NCBI GenBank assembly: GCA_002269645.1
Contig: NIVC01000978.1
Location: forward strand, 186,001-250,000
Direction of reading: 5' to 3'
Source: Macrostomum lignano
Lineage: Eukaryota
DNA: 64,000 nucleotides
Shown: positions 60,801 through 64,000 of the stretch, in pieces
Layout of the letters: the number at the start of each line of letters is the position of its first letter
How positions within the stretch are numbered: the first letter of the stretch is position 1
The notes under the pieces: generated by a model
Databases searched by the model: none
What the model was told of the DNA's origin: nothing
Seen by the model: the letters and a program-made list of their open reading frames with translations, nothing else
Program-made: the position numbers and the translations under genes

Positions 60801-62578
60801 GCCAGTGCGTCGGCCGCAGCAAAGCGGCAGCCTACGACTTGGCGGCGCAGCGCCTGCTGGCCCAAGCCTATCCCATGGCTGGCAGCTTCTATTCCATATT
60901 GAAACTGGTCGGGCCTTTGAGTCACGCTGCCGCTCTGGCTGGTCAGAAAAATGAATTTGCCGAGGTTTGTCAACACTTCTTTTGCCCAGATCTTCTCTTG
61001 TCTGAATTTTCGCTTTTTGGCCTTTCGTTTCATTTTTAAATGCCGACAAAAGATAGAACTCATTTTCTCTACATACCTTTCCTTTCTCTGCCCCTATATC
61101 CTTCCTCTACCTCGTCCTCTGTATCTACTCTCCTACTCTATCTCTCTCTCTCCTTTACTTCTCCCTACTCTACTCCAGTCCCCCAGTCCTTCTACCTTCT
61201 ACCCCAGTCTCCCATCCCTCCTCTACCCCAGTCTCCCGTCCTTCATCTACCCCAGTCTCCCGTCCTTCATCTACCCCAGTCTCCCGTCCTTCATCTACCC
61301 CAGTCTCCCGTCCTTCATGTACCCCAGTCTCCCGTCCTTCATGTACCCCAGTCTCCCGTCCTTCATCTACCCCAGTCTCCCGTCCTTTATCTACCCCAGT
61401 CTCCCATCCCCCTGTACCCCAGTCTTCCGTCCTTCATCTACCCCAGTCTCCCGTCCTTCATCTACCCCAGTCTCCCGTCCTTTATCTACCCCAGTCTCCC
61501 ATCCCCCTGTACCCCAGTCTTCCGTCCTTCATCTACCCCAGTCTCCCGTCCTTAATCTACCCCAGTCTCCCGTCCATCTACCCCAGTCTCCCATCCCCCT
61601 GTACCCCAGTCTCCCGTCCTTCATCTACCCCAGTCTCCCACCCCTGTACCCCACTCTCCCGTCCTTCCTGTATCCCTATATCCCTCATTTCTTGTTATTC
61701 TCCTTAACTCTGTCCTCTCTTGCCCATTCCTATCTCGGCCTCTCCTTCTCTTCTCTTCCTCATTCTCTTTCCTCGGTTGACGGTGATTGTGTTTGGTAAT
61801 TTTCGTCTACCAACTTTGTCATTTCGTCATTTCAAAGTTCGAGTCTCGGTGAGACCCTGTACCAATGATTTCAACTCAATTTTAGATGCTAGCAGTAAAA
61901 CAACAAAACAGAGTAGAAGAATGGACAGCTAATTAAAAATTAAAGTTTGAAGTGCATTCTGCATCGAGCATAAAAATAGGAAAAATGTCAAAGTTAGACA
62001 TCAATTTTCATGACCACACGGTCAAATTTAAAAACTTTTGCTTGTCGCTGCAAATTGGCAATGTATATATGTAGATGTCAAATTCAAACATAGTTAATTG
62101 ACTCCAGCAGACAATAAGGCGGCACACGAAATCGCTGCACAACCTTTCCTCTCCTTATTTTATCATAATTGTCTCGTTTATTATATTGCAAATGTCTATT
62201 CTGTAATAAGTATTTATGAAACTTCAGGTCCAAGAGCAGCTGAAGAGCTCAGACCGAGGCACTCTAAAGAAGGGCCTGCTGGACATGCTTCGGCGGAAAC
62301 TGCGCGAACTCGGCCGGAACTGGACCGAATACGGACCGCAGTTTAAAGGCAAATTCTACGACATACCGGAGCTGCTGCCCCGGATCGAGCCCCATCCGGA
62401 CTCCGCTCTGCCAACGTTCAGCATGGACGAGACCGCGGCCGCCGCGTCAGCCAAGACTGAACTAGTGGAACCCGATCCTATGGGACCTGCACCCCACGTA
62501 GCCATGGATGTGGAAGTGCCAACAAGTGGAAATCAACCGGAAAGTCAACTGGAATTGGCATCGGAACATCAAGATTAG
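54806..62578 (+). CDS. DGCR8: Microprocessor subunit DGCR8/Pasha, ~885 aa. Exons 54806-55155, 55862-56602, 57864-58218, 59231-59492, 60366-60964, 62228-62578
   Basis: WW/Rhed region LPPSWIPIDHTSGLTMYLHKPTKVVTLAR|PYFAGS..RNH..LPCLGYR, INPVGK before dsRBD1 (GTGVGKNKRLARHMAALSGLETLAP), dsRBD2 (GQCVGRSKAAAYDLAAQRLL) and C-terminal LLDMLRRKLREL. Phases 2,2,0,1,0 all match; total 2658 nt. Confidence 0.92.
55172..55690. repeat. 12-bp minisatellite (cagacccatcct) in DGCR8 intron 1
   Basis: Direct tandem copies. Confidence 0.95.
56645..57735. repeat. 24-bp minisatellite (aacatgctgatggggaactgttct) in DGCR8 intron 2
   Basis: Direct tandem copies. Confidence 0.95.
58265..59035. repeat. ~24-bp purine-rich minisatellite (gtgaggaagatagaggggtaggca) in DGCR8 intron 3
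   Basis: Degenerate tandem copies. Confidence 0.92.
59525..60155. repeat. 19-bp minisatellite (cacttgagtctgattgacc) in DGCR8 intron 4
   Basis: Direct tandem copies. Confidence 0.92.
61170..61665. repeat. 24-bp minisatellite (ccccagtctcccgtccttcatcta) in DGCR8 intron 5
   Basis: Direct tandem copies. Confidence 0.92.
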
Positions 62579-62989
62579 CTGGAAATACAAAGGAATCAGA
62601 ATCGAAGCTTGAAGTGTCATTTGCAATTAATTTCGAAAATGAAGTTTAGAAGTGATAATAATATTAATAGAAGTAATAAAAGACAGTAAAAATATCGGTA
62701 CCGAAAGTTAAATGGAGGCCATCCACGAAAATGGGACAGAAGCTGAAAACAACATTCTCTGAAATAAGGCTGTAAGGGAAAAAATCGTCAGAAAAAAGAC
62801 TGGAACTGAAATCGTGGTCTTGGAACAGAAAGAATCGTCGGAAGATATTTAAAAATGATATTTAAAAAATCAGACTGCAAATAGACAAGTTTAAAGAATC
62901 CTTATTAATGAAACAGAAACTGATGACTTCCTTGCAAATGAGACATAAGCCGAAGGAATATTTGTACTTGAAGTAAATGAGCCAAACTA

Positions 62990-64000
62990 AAAGCAATAAT
63001 GGAAATGAGACATAAGCTGAAGGCATCCTTGGAAATGAAATAAGAGCTTGAAGACATTCTTGGAAATGAAGCAGAAGCTGAATACATTCTTTGTAATGAG
63101 ACGGAAGCTGAAGACATTGGAAATGAAGCAGAAGCTGAAGACATCCTTGGAAATGAGACGGAAGCTGAAGACATTGGAAATGAAACAGAAGCTGAAGACA
63201 TCCTTGGAAATGAGACGGAAGCTGAAGACATTGTAAATTTAACAGAAGCTGAATACATTCTTGGTAATGAGACGGAAGCTGAAGACATTGGAAATGAAAC
63301 AGAAGCTGAATACATTCTTGGTAATGAAAGGGAAGCTGAAGACATCCTTGGAAATGAGACGGAAGCTGAAGACATTGTAAATTTAACAGAAGCTGAATAC
63401 ATTCTTGGTAATGAGACGGAAGCTGAAGACATTGGAAATGAAACAGAAGCTGAAGACATCCTTGGAAATGAGACGGAAGCTGAAGACATTGTAAATTTAA
63501 CAGAAGCTGAATACATTCTTGGTAATGAGACGGAAGCTGAAGACATTGGAAATGAAACAGAAGCTGAATACATTCTTGGTAATGAAAGGGAAGCTGAAGA
63601 CATCCTTGGAAATGAGATGGAAGCTGAAGACATTGGAAATTTAACAGAAGCTGAATACATTCTTGGTGATGAGACGGAAGCTGAAGACATTGGAAATGAA
63701 ACAGAAGCTGAATACATTCTTGGTGATGAGACGGAAGCTGAAGACATTGGAAATGAAACAGAAGCTGGATACATTCTTGGTAATGAGACGGAAACTGAAG
63801 ACATTGGAAATTTAACAGAAGCTGAATACATTCTTGGTAATGAGACGGAAACTGAAGACATTGGAAATGAAACAGAAGCTGAATACATTCTTGGTAATGA
63901 GACGGAAGCTGAAGACATTGGAAATGAAACAGAAGCTGGATACATTCTTGGTAATGAGACGGAAGCTGAAGACATTGGAAATGAAACAGAAGCTGGATAC
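62990..64000. repeat. 27/30-bp repeat (ggaaatgaaacagaagctgaagacatt / ...tacattctt), runs off the window
   Basis: Alternating 27- and 30-bp units. Confidence 0.93.

Overview
Eukaryotic (animal) genomic DNA with GC-rich exons, spliceosomal introns and extremely dense mini/microsatellites. The style resembles a free-living flatworm such as Macrostomum, but the species is only an inference. Six protein-coding genes could be reconstructed by hand with splice phases that match throughout: a multi-cysteine-cluster Toll-like receptor (minus, runs off the left end, GC-AG intron, one frameshift), an NFAT5-like Rel-homology transcription factor (minus, 7 exons), a GRDP/DUF1399 glycine-rich-domain protein (plus, 7 exons, one frameshift), and a co-directional trio TRAPPC6 - TRUB2 - DGCR8/Pasha (plus). 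The window also holds tRNA-Gly(GCC), a 5'-truncated Penelope-like retroelement (RT + GIY-YIG) embedded in (ATCT)n with two tandem hammerhead-ribozyme motifs, a full-length but dead mariner, several MITEs, and about 25 distinct tandem arrays that explain most long ORFs in the supplied track. The strongest leads are (1) the complete TLR architecture, (2) the paired hammerheads, (3) an ~8 kb CpG-depleted domain in which the mariner has lost all three catalytic Asp codons by G>A changes, at least two at clear CpG sites, while younger MITEs keep their CpGs, and (4) a candidate trans-spliced operon. All coordinates and counts were derived by eye. No database searches were run.
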